64,000 nt of DNA from Chara braunii (taxonomy: Eukaryota; Plantae; Charophyceae), in NCBI GenBank assembly GCA_003427395.1, contig BFEA01000007.1:2045738-2109737 (forward strand). The letters run 5' to 3'. The position numbers were made by a program, and so were the translations under genes. The notes under the pieces are model-generated. The model had not been told where the DNA came from and made no database searches. It worked only from the letters and a program-made list of their open reading frames with translations. Below are positions 1 to 10,905 of this stretch, piece by piece. Numbering within the stretch: position 1 is the first letter of the stretch; each line of letters starts with the position of its first letter.

Positions 1-10
1 GCCCGCCGCT

Positions 11-517
11 ATGGGGGGCCCTCGACTGTCAGGAGTATGTAGGGATGAGGCGGTGATGACAGAGAGGGTTCATGAGGAGGGACCCCGAGAGTTGGACATG
101 CCAGAGCGCGGGCCAGGGAGTGCGGTCGCACGAGGAGGTGAGGGTGCTAAGGCTATGGAGCCTGGACCTCAGGACCACGTGGGATTGCCCTTGTGTCATG
201 AGGTGACTACTGAGACCATGGGGGCGCCTTCGGCATCAAGTTCGCAAGGAAGAAAGAAGAAGACTGCCAGGTGGCACGATACCTCCTGTTTTTGGTGCAA
301 GGAGGGAGGGCATAGGGCCGTGGACTGTCAAGAGCTCCTTGAGGATAAGGTCAAGGGGCGAGTCGCGGAGGTCGACGGTAAGTTCTATGACAGACAGGGC
401 AAGATAGTGGAGCGAGCTCCAGATGGGGGCAGGGCTCAGTTGTATAGACAGAACCAGAAAGAATTGTGTAAGTACGGACCGGTCTGTCTATATATTGGTA
501 GGACTAGATGTCCTTGA
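11..517 (+). pseudogene. Gag-like retrotransposon ORF fragment with CCHC zinc knuckle (probably the 3' end of a longer ORF starting upstream of the window)
   Basis: CFWCKEGGHRAVDC fits the CX2CX4HX4C nucleocapsid motif; followed by non-coding DNA homologous to the retroelement at 39-53 kb. Confidence 0.75.
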
Positions 518-3500
518 CACACACAGGGTGGGGTTAGAGGTGTACATATCTTGAGCCAGTTGAGTGGGCCCTAGATGTGTGTGTGCGTAGGAGTGGTAGG
601 ATGAGTTTCTATCCGATTGTACACGTGCGTTTGACTTTTGTTCGCTTGCTTTCTTTTGAAGTTTCTTCGTGGGCTGCGACCCAGGGGTAAGACTCAGTTG
701 TGCGATGTATGTGACCATTTAGTTACATTTGGTTTTGTGATTCAGAAGCTACTGTTGCTCTGAATGGGATTTGGGAGTTTATAGCACTTGGGATGTGAGT
801 TTTCCCAGCAGGGGGGGGACAAGGGCTGGGTATTTTGTGGATGTTAGGTGGATGCTATGTTCCCGAGTGTATTTGATGAGTGTACAGTGGGGTTATGAGT
901 CCTACTCAGACAGGCGGGGCATTGAGTTGAGTGTTTGTATTCGATTGTTGAGGGAGACACTCTGCTCCCTGAGTATATTATGAGTTGAGTTTTTGCGAGA
1001 TTTGCCTTATGACGATCACTATCATTCTCACACGTGTGGCTTTATCCTGATGTATGATCGGCTTTGTGTGAGAGAAGTACAGGATACACCTTATGGGCAT
1101 GATTGTGTAAATTGTAAAGTTGTCTACCCTCCGGTATACTCGTGCGGTCTGCTGCAAGTGGACGAGAGGGCAGAGTATAAGGAGGGGAATTGCAGCCTGT
1201 TTGTGAAAAACTGTGAGAATCCTACAGGATTGATGAATTTAGGAATTTGCACGTTTGGTCATACTAAACATCGATGCCTAAATTGTATAGGGACCCATAA
1301 GGTGGCCCCTCAGTTTGAGTTGTTCGATGATTAAGACCCCCTTCGTGGTTCCGGGAGGTGGGAATTACATTGTATAGAGACCCCTTCATGGTTTTGAAAG
1401 AGGTCGTGTGAGGAGTCATCCCCTACAAAAAGAGGGTGGCCAGAAAATCTTTTGTGAAAGGCACACTTCATTGAGTAAGGGTGGGTAAAATTTGAATGGT
1501 ATGAAAACCATTGTCTGTATTGATAAAGTCTGACGAGAGGAAACCATGTTTGCTTGAAATTTTTGAAAAGGGCGAGAGATGCCTCAGGGTGGGCGACTGC
1601 TGGCTCTGATCAAGTCAGGGGCCGCGGCCTCGTGGATCCGGCGGGAAGACTGTATGTGATTGAGCGATGGATGCCGTGCCTATTATAGGAGAGCCGGTAA
1701 ATGCCTTCAGACCCCTGCGTAGTCCCGCAGCGGCCGTGAATTGTTTGTGATGCCCCGCCAAGCCACTTGTGATAACTCTGAGACATATTTGAGGGAATAC
1801 CAAGCTAACGGTAAAGTTTAGTGTCACCTGGGCACAACCCCTAGTGGATGGCTGCTAGCTGGCACAACCTGGCTACGGGCCCGCGAGGTAAGAGTTTAAA
1901 GGGAGTTGCCCGCCCCAGGGAAATTACTCCGCGGGATAAGAGTCGAGTCTTTTGGAGACCCTGATTGATTGATTATTAGAGACATACCTGTCGTTGTATA
2001 ACCAGCGGGAGGATACCACCGCTAAGGTAACAATGCGGTGGGCCGTAGACCTGGCCCGATCAACTAGGCTATGGTGGGCTTAGATGGAGACCTGACGTTT
2101 CTGTACTAGACTGCAGAGAGAAAAGAGAGAGGCTATAAGCTATATATACATGCATTTTGCTTGATGGTGAGAAGATTGTTGAAAGAAGGCAAGAATGCCT
2201 TCACAGGTCCCATTCAAAAGTCCGCGTCCCTAGTTATGGCTCTGTCTGCGAGAAAGAGCCTAGCTGGGACACCCAACGAGAGTACGGCGGTTGTCTAGGA
2301 CAAAGGGGAAGAGGATGGTTTGGGGGCCTTTGGAACTTATGCTGTAGTATTGATGCGTAATACACCGACGCCCTGGTGTTGGGGCAATGGAAACCCAGGT
2401 TGAAACCCTGGCAACATATAGTTGTGTTGGCACGGTTTGATGGAGGCCTCAACCCTGAGTCTTCCAGCTAACCGGATTGGTTCTGATCTCGTCAGCATTT
2501 AAAATGTAATGGCAATTTATAGCTTTTTGATTTGGCAACGCGACGGGGACGTCGCTTAATATGGTACGGTAAGCTGTCGGCGCGAATACCCTTACAAGGG
2601 TATCCGCCCTGGTTTTTGCAAGTGACAGAAAGGCTCGGTTAACTTGGACTTTGAGTGCCCGTGCGGAAAAATGTGAGGGTCGTTCGCGCGCGGGCCAAGG
2701 TTTGCCTTGTCCCGGTAGGAGTAGGTGGGCGCAATATTTAAGGCGCGCATGTGATTTTTCTAATAGAATGGGCGGCCAGGAAAGCCGATCGACCCGGATC
2801 GTGTTCCGACTTTGGTTAGGGGATGAAAGTTCGTTTTGATCGGCGCGAGCGACTCAGCAATAGGGCTGGCGCGCAGGTAGTCGCATGGGACGGCCATGAC
2901 ACGGGGTGGTAGACCGACGCGGACACTTCGGGGCCGTCGGAACAAATGGGGTCCAAGAAGCGGCCAGGGTGGTATCTTGGCCCGGAGCGTCTCGCGGCAA
3001 CCCCTTATATGGGAGGCCGCGCCTGCCAGTACCAAGCTTGGGCTTAGCCCTATTGGTTACGACATCGGATTATTGCGGCTGAGGTACGAGGAACGAGGCC
3101 AGCTGACGGCGGCATGGGAGCGATGGAGCGACGAGAAGAAAAAGGGGTTGAGGGTCCCGCGGGACTATCCCCTTTTTTGTTTTTTGTTTTCTTGTTTTGA
3201 TTATCGGGAGAGTCGGTCGCGGGCCCTCATTGCGGGACTAAGGGAGCGCCAGTGGGGTCTGTGCGCGGCCTGAAAATTTTGGGTGGTATTGCCCCCGTTG
3301 GCAAGATCTTGTCCCGATCTATATTGATGTTCTGACCCCCGTGTATGGGGGTGGGTGGTAATTGTGGGGCAGGCCTTAGAAACAACCGAATTGACACGAA
3401 GAGTCCGGGGATGACCCCGGACGTGAGTCGGACCAGGTGCACGCGTGAAAGAGAAGGGGGGGGATTTTCGTTTATATCAGATTCGGTCTGTTTTTGTGCT

Positions 3501-3538
3501 CTTCTTATTCCCTTGCCCGCTTTTTTCTTTTGTCGTAT
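518..3538 (+). mobile_element. 3' non-coding region of a Ty3/Gypsy-type retroelement
   Basis: ~960-2180 aligns by eye to ~48900-50180 (+); ~2195-2760 aligns to the reverse complement of ~40030-40580; the latter region is linked to an integrase remnant. Confidence 0.65.
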
Positions 3539-4523
3539 NNNNNNNNNNNNNNNNNNNNNNNNNNNNNNNNNNNNNNNNNNNNNNNNNNNNNNNNNNNNNN
3601 NNNNNNNNNNNNNNNNNNNNNNNNNNNNNNNNNNNNNNNNNNNNNNNNNNNNNNNNNNNNNNNNNNNNNNNNNNNNNNNNNNNNNNNNNNNNNNNNNNNN
3701 NNNNNNNNNNNNNNNNNNNNNNNNNNNNNNNNNNNNNNNNNNNNNNNNNNNNNNNNNNNNNNNNNNNNNNNNNNNNNNNNNNNNNNNNNNNNNNNNNNNN
3801 NNNNNNNNNNNNNNNNNNNNNNNNNNNNNNNNNNNNNNNNNNNNNNNNNNNNNNNNNNNNNNNNNNNNNNNNNNNNNNNNNNNNNNNNNNNNNNNNNNNN
3901 NNNNNNNNNNNNNNNNNNNNNNNNNNNNNNNNNNNNNNNNNNNNNNNNNNNNNNNNNNNNNNNNNNNNNNNNNNNNNNNNNNNNNNNNNNNNNNNNNNNN
4001 NNNNNNNNNNNNNNNNNNNNNNNNNNNNNNNNNNNNNNNNNNNNNNNNNNNNNNNNNNNNNNNNNNNNNNNNNNNNNNNNNNNNNNNNNNNNNNNNNNNN
4101 NNNNNNNNNNNNNNNNNNNNNNNNNNNNNNNNNNNNNNNNNNNNNNNNNNNNNNNNNNNNNNNNNNNNNNNNNNNNNNNNNNNNNNNNNNNNNNNNNNNN
4201 NNNNNNNNNNNNNNNNNNNNNNNNNNNNNNNNNNNNNNNNNNNNNNNNNNNNNNNNNNNNNNNNNNNNNNNNNNNNNNNNNNNNNNNNNNNNNNNNNNNN
4301 NNNNNNNNNNNNNNNNNNNNNNNNNNNNNNNNNNNNNNNNNNNNNNNNNNNNNNNNNNNNNNNNNNNNNNNNNNNNNNNNNNNNNNNNNNNNNNNNNNNN
4401 NNNNNNNNNNNNNNNNNNNNNNNNNNNNNNNNNNNNNNNNNNNNNNNNNNNNNNNNNNNNNNNNNNNNNNNNNNNNNNNNNNNNNNNNNNNNNNNNNNNN
4501 NNNNNNNNNNNNNNNNNNNNNNN
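3539..4523. other. Assembly gap (N run)
   Basis: 985 N bases. Confidence 1.
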
Positions 4524-6328
4524 GGAGTTTCCGTCGCTGTTCGTGCGCAGTGAGTCGGTGTGTTGACGACAACATAGCGGGGTCGAATGAGGAAGCGGGC
4601 GAGCGAGAGGGACATGACGGAGAGGAGAACGAGCGAGGGAGGAGGCGGTCAGGCAGGCGCAACACCAAGCGTTTGGGAGGCAGCGCTAGCAGCGAGGGGA
4701 GGGCGATTGAACCCGGGCTGGAAAGTGTGCCAGGTACCTAAGGAGGGCGCAAGGGTGGCGAAGCAGGCTGACTGCACCCAGTCGGTGGGCGGTGCCAGGT
4801 GCATTCGGGACTCGAGGTGGTAGCGACAGAGAAGTGCGAAGGAAGGGCGGTGACATCGCTCGATTGCTTGGCGAGAACGAACGAGCGGAGGTGCGAGTTC
4901 GGGGTTCCTCGCTACGGTGGACCCGAAGTTGGGGTCAGTTTGGTTAAGAAGTTAATAGATAGAGAGTAAGGGGGAGGAACTGCTGCGCAGTGATAGCACG
5001 AAGGGATGGATATGGTCGGGCACTGCGAAACGGCTAGCTGAGCAATAGCATTGGCTTTGACGAGGGAGTAACGGAGTCTTCTAGCGCGATTGTTGGGGTC
5101 AGCGCTCGGGAGTGCTGGAAGAGGGGATGAATCTCTCCGCTTTCTTGTGGAAGATTCAGTTGTATTAGTCCTACTCTGCTAAGGGGTGTAATGCCAGGCG
5201 GACTGTTGCCGGGGACTTACCTGCCGGCCGAAAGCGCCACTCCACCGATTGGTCGACGCCTGCGGGTACAGAGAGGGAGGGATACTTACCAGTAGGCTTC
5301 GGGAACTTGAGTTGGAGGCCGTATTGAGAGGGGAAGCAGGGCAAGGAGAGCGATGGACAATTGGTGAAGGATGCTTGGGGGAACAGGGGAATGCTGAGAG
5401 GGAGAGAAAGGGAGGGGAGACTTACCTGCAGGCGATAGCACGGCTCGTTACATTGGCCAAGGAGCAGGGGGATAGGGGATCCATTTGCTAACCAGCATAC
5501 TGTCGGGCAAAGCGGGCTACGAGCTTGCAGGTCTACCTTCTATACTGCGGGTGGTTGAGGCAGACGAAGTGTGGCCGCCTTTCGATCTGCAAATTCCTGG
5601 GAGCCCTGCTGTCTGCTTGAGCAGGCTTTAGGCTACAGCAGTTGCTGCACCTACCGGTGGGTTGATGTGCTGCAGTTGATTCGGCTGTGCGGACTGCTGC
5701 AGGCCCGCTGTGTGTTGTGCTTGCTGGGCTTCCGCTGCACCCCGAGGCGCGGGTTCGCTGGGCACCTCCGGATCTTTGCGAAGGCGTACGCGGTTTGAGC
5801 ACCGCTGTTTAGAGCCGCACGGCTGCAACCTCATTGCAAAAAAGGGGGGGGGGGGGGTTGATATCGACAGTGTGACTGGTGTTGGGTCAAGCGGTTGCTA
5901 CTAGGCCGCCATTGCGGGGCCCTCAGGCGCGGAAGAATTGAAAACCCTCTCAAGCGAGTCTGAGTGGTTCTTTTCTGAGTCTGAGAGTTTGAAACTTCTT
6001 CTTCTGCCTCCCCGACTCTAAGTCTGGTCCTTGGTTCTGAGAGGAAGGCGGCAGGCGGGCGTGTGGCCCGTAACCCGCGCCAAGGCCTTTGTGGGAGGTC
6101 GCCCCACCGATTGCGGGACCTCTGCCGGGACTCAGGCGGAGTCCTGGAGGCAGGGAACTGAGTGGTAAACCCTTGACTCCCTCTATAAACCCTTCTATAA
6201 CCCCTACCTGTATATCTTTCTATGGTTTGTTGATTGCCTGAAAGCAAACTATGAATGAGATGGGTTGTATCTGGGGGAAAGTTGGGAGGAAGGCAGTATT
6301 GTGTGCAGCTTGACTGGGTCATTAAGGC

Positions 6329-7600
6329 TGGGAGGTCCCCTTAAGTTTGGGGAAGCCCAACGCTTTGTTTATTTTTGGACTGCATGGAGCCTCATGCCGC
6401 TCTATAAGTTTAGGTAGCCTGAAGCTCTGGAGGGCTGGGATGTCCCCATAAGTTTGAACAGTCATTTCGTCAAAACGGACATATTATATTTTTTGAACGA
6501 AATCAAAACTGACGTTTTTTGCCAAAATCCGGTCGGAATTTTTTGCTCATGGGGGTCCGGCGTTCCCAAAACGCCGGACCCCCCTGGTCTATGGTTGAGA
6601 CCAGATACAANAAAAAAAAAAAAAAAAGTATCTGGTCTCAACCATAGACCAGGGGGGTCCGGCGTTTTGGGAACGCCGGACCCCCAGGAGCAAAAAATTC
6701 CGACCGGATTTTGGCAAAAAATGTCAGTTTTGATTTCCTTCAAAAAATATAATATGTCCGTTTTGACGAAATGGCTGTTTTTGGGGAGACCTGGTGCTAT
6801 GAACTGCATGGAGGGTCAGGACGCTCTATAAGTTTAGGTGTTCTGACTTCTCTGACTTGTGGGGGTTTGACTATGAGTGGCTTTCAAGAACCCAAGGCGC
6901 TCTATAAGTTTAGGTACCTTGGGTTGCCTCGCTTTGTTTGGGGTTTTCGCAATTTCTTTGGTGCTGGACGAGGAGGTGTGAACCGCTCTATAAGTTTAGG
7001 TGGTTCAACCCTTCTCTTGTTTTGTTTTTAGCGGATAATTCTGGCAGGGGACAGGCTGCTCTATAAGTTTAGGTAGCCTATCCCACTGCCTCGCACAGAT
7101 TGGATCAGAGAGAAACGAACCTGGTTGAGGATCAGACCGCTCTATAAGTTTAGGTAGTCTGACCCAATGCCTCCCACATGTTGAAACCCAATGGATATAA
7201 CTTGGCTATATTATGTTACTATGTTATTAAGAATAGGCTAGTCAGGCTGCTCTATAAGTTTAGGTAGCCTGACTATAGCTTATCACAACAGGAGAGAGTA
7301 CAACTAAAGAGATACAACTGAAGGTATACTTGGGCAGGCTGAGCAATGTTCTAAGTTGAGCGGCTCAGCCCTATGCCCCCTTGAAGATTAAGTTCATATA
7401 TATATATATATATATATAACTTGGCTATTTAAACAGCTTAGGGCGACTCGAGTGGTCTAGTCGGACGCCCAAAGAAAAGAGAAGTAGTTGTGCCCTCTGT
7501 TTGTGTATACCTGGCCAAGTCAGAACGCTCTATAAGTTTAGGTATTCTGACTTTGGGCGTGGTTAAGTTTGGTGCGCTTTGTAAGTTTAGGTGCCCTGAC
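6329..7600 (+). repeat. Array of ~12 hairpins with conserved core YGCTCTA-TAAGTT-TAGGTR and variable complementary stems
   Basis: Copies at ~6329, 6392, 6434 (split by the MITE), 6815, 6892, 6979, 7043, 7130, 7239, 7337, 7515 and 7571. Example: TAGTCAGGCTGC-T-CTA-TAAGTT-TAG-GTAGCCTGACTA at 7239-7275. Confidence 0.9.
6457..6779. mobile_element. Foldback MITE (~152-bp terminal inverted repeats around a short poly-A), 4-bp target site duplication TTTG
   Basis: 6457-6608 is a near-perfect reverse complement of 6628-6779; TTTG at 6453-6456 and 6780-6783; removing it restores CCATAAGTTTGGGGAG, as seen in units B and C. Confidence 0.9.
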
Positions 7601-7899
7601 CTATGCCGTATGTAAGTTGGGTATGAGGAGATAACTCACTGAAAGATCATGAACTATTGTTTGTTCAGACTGGCTTGGGGATGGTGAGAGTACTTACCTT
7701 CGTGGTTTGGCCTGCATGTGCCTCAGTGAGATTACTACTTGGTCTGGATTTTCAGGTTGACAGGTAGTTGCTTTAGAGGCTCGCCACGTGCTAGAGCGAT
7801 AGGAGTTAGGTCAATTTCTGCATTTTCTGAGCTGATTTTATTTTACTTAGATCGATTTTTGCATTTTTCTGAGGGCCGATACTATACTTGAACCTGTAT

Positions 7900-8460
7900 A
7901 AATTCTGGTAAGTTACTTTCTCTACGGGAAGCGCTGCCGAAATTTCTACAGATTCAAGGAGTTAGACAAATTTTCGACTTGTCAAAGTTCAGTTTGTCTT
8001 TTCGTCATATCCGACTTAGTAAAAATCTGGAAAGTCTCCTTTTCTAAAGGGAGTGCTGCTAAAATTTTTGCTAATTCAGGGAGTTTGACAAAACTGGGCT
8101 TTGGGATGTCAGAGTTAGTCTTAGGTTTTAAACTTGGCTTTGTATGAATTTTTGGGAAGCACTTTTCTAGGGGGAGTGCTGCCGAAATTTCTGCAAAACT
8201 GAGGAGTTAGCCAGATTCTGTCTAAGTTGAACCCAAGGTTGGGGGTTCAGTTCAACTTCGACTTGGTACGAATCTGGGAAATCCCCAATTTCAAAGAGGG
8301 GGGCTGCCCAAATTTCTGCTAAGTCAGAGAGATAGACAAAATTTGATTTTCAAGAGTTATGGAATACTTCTTCTTTTGATATTCGAGCTGGTAAAAATTT
8401 TGAAAAGGCACTTTTCCTACGGGGAGCGCTGCCAAAATTTTCCTAAATTAGCGAAGTTGG
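7900..8460 (+). repeat. Five diverged ~124-bp tandem units, each with a hairpin around GGGAGYGCTGCCGAAATTT
   Basis: GCTGCY at 7933, 8055, 8178, 8303 and 8428 (spacing 122-125 bp). Confidence 0.85.
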
Positions 8461-10867
8461 ATTACATTTTGACAGGTGACGATTCTGGCGATCCACCCTA
8501 AATAGGAAAGATTCAGCCAGGGTCTGCCTTTGCTTTGGGCACCGCTTCGAGGTAGATTCAGGCCTGGCTAGCTAGGAGGATTTGAGTGAGAATATGTTAT
8601 GGAGTCGTATTCTCCATACGTTCATGATCTCAGCTTGGGGATTGACCTGTCATGTGTTACAGGTCGTCTTGATCTTTCGATTCAAGATCAGGACTAGATT
8701 CAGCTTGATCCCTTGAGGATCGTCTTCTGTTGTCACTGATAAAAGGTCGGTTGCCGATTCGTCAGTCCTCGACTCAATTTCAACTCATTCCCCGTACTCA
8801 ACCTAAAAGGCTTTAGCCCTGGTGGTTTTTACTGTTTGTTAAGGGTTTCACCCGGACTTTTATTGAATGGTTACTTAACAAAGGTACTGAGTATTTAATT
8901 GAGGTTGGTTGGACTGGCGGTTGGGGCTTGCATGGCTAAAGCGAAGGGGTATGAGCATAGAGAATGGTTGGGGTTAACTCCGTGTAGTGTGTGTTTTGTC
9001 ACTTGATTCTTGGTGTGGTTGCAGGTATGTCCTGTGGCTCGGATTTGGATTTGGACTGCCTACGATTCTATATACATATGCATGGTTGTGAGGGGTCCCA
9101 CTGTGCCTGTGAGAAGTGATCATCATAACTCTATCCCCCTTCCGTATGTATGTGTGCATATACGTATGATGAGTGTTCGGGAGGCCTAAAAGGTCATGTT
9201 AGCAACTGCGTGAGAGTTGGGATTGACGGACAGGGAAAACCCTCCATCCTGCCTATTCTGCGTCTTGGGGATTTCTTAGTCGGACGTTGGTCCTGGGTCG
9301 GGATTCAAGGTCCTTGTCCAGGACATCCCAAGCCCCAGGCCCTGAAGGGGAGGAGTCTCCCCTCGCATAGAGCCTATTTACTTTGGCCGGCAGGGCACTC
9401 CGCCTGAAGGGCGGAAATGTCGCGAGGGCCGAACGGCATGTCCTTCAGCCATTCAATATCGTGAGGGGTAGCCCTTCGCGATGGGTTCCTTCAGCCATTC
9501 AACATCGCTAGGCCGATGCCACGGTTACCACATATGATTCGCATCAGTGGTTGGCATAGGGTTGGCCTGCGGCCGCACAGTTTTATATCAGAGCCCCGCA
9601 CGCGACGCCTCACCGCCCCAACGTCTAAAAGTTATGGGACCGTCGGGCTTGCGCGTAGGCGCAGCGCTTGGGATTATCGTAGGCCGCCGACACCGCCCAC
9701 AAACGGGAAGTGTGTCCCAAGGCCATGAGTTTTTTTTGTTTTAAAGGCCATAAGACCTTTGCCCTATCCCCTCTTCTTGGGTTCGTGCGAGTCTTGTTGC
9801 TTCTTAGAGATTTTTTATAGTTGGACGTTGTAGTCCGTGACAGCCGTCAAAGTCAAACCCCTTGATTTTCACCCAGATCCCGGGGAGGACTCACCCCTAG
9901 GGCCGCGAGAGACGACTACCACCACAGGCATGGGCCTGTGTACCACCCGCTCTGCATAAGGGTGCAGAAGAGGGTGTGTGGTCTCCAACCACGCATGGCG
10001 GTTGTCTAGCGTTGAGAGATTAACCCTCAAGGCGCGTGTCAGCCGACACTTGAGTGTCGAACGCGACCCTCGAGATTAACGAGGACAGCGAGAGTACGAG
10101 TACCACGTGGTACGCCATCGTTGCGACCGCTTACGTGCGCTTGCATCGCGAGTCGATATGAGTTAGCCCTGTGTCCGCGTGATTTTTATACTAAGTCTCC
10201 TGCGCGACGCCTATCCAATTTCCGCGTCAGGAAGTTATAGGTTGGCTAGCGAGGGGAAAGGAGCGTTGTCGCGTTGTTTGCGTTGTGTCGTTTCGTGTGT
10301 ATGTGTGCGTGTTGTTGTCGTGTGGTTGTTAAGTGGTGTGCACGTGGGGTGTGGGATACGTCCTAGTCGACCGACAATGAGTCGCGCTTGGGACTTCAGC
10401 CCCCCAAGAGGTCGGTTCGCGTGCGAGTCCGATAGGGGCGTATTTACCGCGTGTACCCCCTATGCTACAGCGAACGAGAAACGCCCTCGGCTGCTCCACC
10501 TCTGCGATTGCAACTGATTAACTTTCGTACTGTGGACTGGTAGCTCGGCGGGGATACGCCCACCGAAGGGAGGTGACAACTCCCGTAAGGTGGAGGTAAG
10601 TTGTGCCTCGCGTAGGCCCTATCCTATCGTAGGGGCTCGCGAGAGGTATGGCTGACGCACTCGAACAGGGCGGCCCAAGGACGCTCCATTTGTGTATTCG
10701 TGACGAGGTTGGTCCAACTCCTGCGTGACGCGGCCGAGAGGGTCCCGCACTGCCACTCGCGGTGCCGGACCGATGCGCTCGACACTGTTTACCCTTGCTG
10801 CTACGCTCTGGCCGCAGTCACCAAAGAAAATAGAAGCTTCTCATAACTTTGACACAAGGTGCGTGAG

Positions 10868-10905
10868 CTGTCTCTTATACACATCTAGATGTGTATAAGA
10901 GACAG
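10868..10905. other. Nextera mate-pair junction adapter (assembly artefact)
   Basis: Exact CTGTCTCTTATACACATCT+AGATGTGTATAAGAGACAG (two Tn5 mosaic ends), flanked by a duplication of 10673-10867 at 10906-11100. Confidence 0.98.

Larger units (their letters stand above)
5905..10790 (+). mobile_element. Non-coding interspersed repeat, family member A (related inverted copies at ~13.2-17.2 kb and ~31.7-35.7 kb)
   Basis: Collinear homology from CATTGCGGGGCCCTCAG (~5910; reverse complement at ~17180 and ~35713) through both arrays to ATGCGCTCGACA (~10773; reverse complement at ~13220 and ~31750). No long ORF. Confidence 0.8.

Noticed and set aside
3227-4741. Long ORFs of 370-460 aa (and similar ones at 21.5-22.4 kb and 54.4-54.9 kb)
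   Set aside because: They are open only because they run through N gaps.
6454-6831. Mirror-image ORFs on both strands
   Set aside because: By-product of the palindromic MITE.
6329-7600. CRISPR array interpretation of the repeated TAAGTT core with variable spacers
   Set aside because: The core is only ~17 nt, spacing is irregular, the spacers are homologous between element copies and pair across the repeat, there are no cas genes, and the context is eukaryotic transposon DNA.
10868-10905. Tn5/IS50 transposon ends
   Set aside because: This is the synthetic mosaic-end dimer of Nextera libraries; no transposase is present.
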